DNA of 5,305 nucleotides from a virus: UHGV virus genome UHGV-0794274; one strand, 5' to 3'. Shown piece by piece: positions 4,465 to 5,305 of this stretch (position 1 is its first letter; each line of letters starts with the position of its first letter). The notes under the pieces were generated by a model. It saw only the letters and a program-made list of their open reading frames with translations, ran no database searches and was not told where the DNA came from. The position numbers and the translations under genes were made by a program.

Positions 4465-5305
4465 TTATACCACTTTTTTGGTAACATTGGCAAAAAAACC
4501 GCGATTATTTTTATTCCGCCTTAAATTAACCAATTTTTCATAAGCCTCAAACTTCGATTTACCAACGAATTCAACAGCCTCATTTATGAAAATAGAATAC
4601 TCGCGAAAAAGAAAAGAATTCTCACTATCCCAATCTATTAAAGCTTGATTCTCATAAGGACCGACCAGCGAAAATTCTGGATAAAGAGGACGACTAAAAC
4701 CGGAAAAAATCTCATAAGTCCTTAAAATCTCATCTAAAAACTCTTTCGTTTTTTCCTTCCAACGAGACTTTAATTCTTCCAAAATACCTAATTCCTCAGC
4801 AATTTTAGTCTTTATATATCTATCAAGCCGCAAAGTCTCACCTTGCCAAACAACAGGCTGGAAATCACCAAATTCTTGATAGTTGGCAAAAAATGTTTTT
4901 TTAAACAAACGAATAGCAGCACGAAGACCAATACCTTGCGAACAATGTTGAATTCCGTCCTTTTTATCGCCTATTTTCTTTAAAACATACTGAGAAACAT
5001 AAGCAGCACACTTACGCATACCGCGCGAGGACTCAATTTGACGAAGCTTAATAAAGCCATTTTGCCACTTTTGAGAAATCACATCGCGGAAGCTTCGGTC
5101 GATACCAAATAACAAGACGTGAAAATGCACTCTTTGAGTCCCATTTTCGCCACGTTCGCCAGCACAAAAAAACTTAATTTTCGAATAGCCTATCGAGTCT
5201 AAAAATTTGCGAAAACGCTTCATAAATAACTGAAAATCGGAATAGTGAAACTCCATGTCATGATTATCATGTTCGCGCGCGGCGTAAGTAAGTGTAACAT
5301 GACAA
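4465..5305 (-). CDS. Replication initiation protein (rolling-circle HUH endonuclease, Microviridae VP4 / gene A-like). The 5' end is beyond the right window edge, because the frame stays open for 16 more codons above the listed ATG at 5256.
   Basis: ORF-track 263-aa ORF. HUH motif 2 'RVHFHVLLFG' and the paired-tyrosine motif 3 'AAYVSQYVLKK' are present. The in-frame upstream translation up to position 5305 reads 'CHVTLTYAAREHDNHD', which resembles RCR motif 1 (FLTLTY). The 'FQLFMKRFRKF...KIKFFCAGERGENG' block matches the gokushovirus VP4 pattern as I remember it. There is no SD before ATG 5256, consistent with that ATG being internal. Confidence 0.88.
   Translation of the reverse strand, partial: CHVTLTYAAREHDNHDMEFHYSDFQLFMKRFRKFLDSIGYSKIKFFCAGERGENGTQRVHFHVLLFGIDRSFRDVISQKWQNGFIKLRQIESSRGMRKCAAYVSQYVLKKIGDKKDGIQHCSQGIGLRAAIRLFKKTFFANYQEFGDFQPVVWQGETLRLDRYIKTKIAEELGILEELKSRWKEKTKEFLDEILRTYEIFSGFSRPLYPEFSLVGPYENQALIDWDSENSFLFREYSIFINEAVEFVGKSKFEAYEKLVNLRRNKNNRGFFANVTKKVV

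Overview
The window looks like most or all of a small circular ssDNA phage genome of the family Microviridae, gokushovirus-like. All convincing genes are on the minus strand, so the given plus strand is the complementary, non-packaged strand. Reading minus-strand transcription from right to left, the genes are as follows. First is a rolling-circle replication initiator (VP4-like), which runs off the right edge; its HUH motif 'HFHVLLFG' and tyrosine motif 'YVSQYVLKK' are present, and a motif-1-like 'VTLTY' sits exactly at the edge. Next is the major capsid protein (VP1/F-like, 604 aa), which contains an AT-rich low-complexity Asn/Ile/Thr loop. It is followed by a 161-aa acidic protein. After that comes a previously unannotated 28-aa hydrophobic peptide with a strong Shine-Dalgarno sequence. 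A roughly 350-430 nt non-coding region follows, packed with GC-rich perfect hairpins. It contains face-to-face intrinsic terminators and a near-consensus sigma70 promoter embedded in a palindrome. Downstream of it lie a 158-aa highly basic protein, a 296-aa Gly-rich pilot/minor capsid protein (VP2/H-like) and a 29-aa poly-Arg peptide resembling protein J/ORF8 DNA-binding proteins. Every gene has a Shine-Dalgarno sequence (repeated 'TAGGAGGTTTT'), and the stop and start codons of the 158-aa and VP2 genes overlap (TAATG). Gene order differs from the canonical gokushovirus map (VP4-VP5-VP1-VP2-VP3-ORF8). GATC is roughly 6-fold depleted (3 sites), while alternating (CG)3-4 runs are strongly enriched. 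The most interesting undescribed element is the SD-driven 28-aa transmembrane peptide at the 3' end of the replication/capsid transcript, a candidate single-gene lysis or membrane effector. All function calls rest on motif recognition by eye; nothing was searched.
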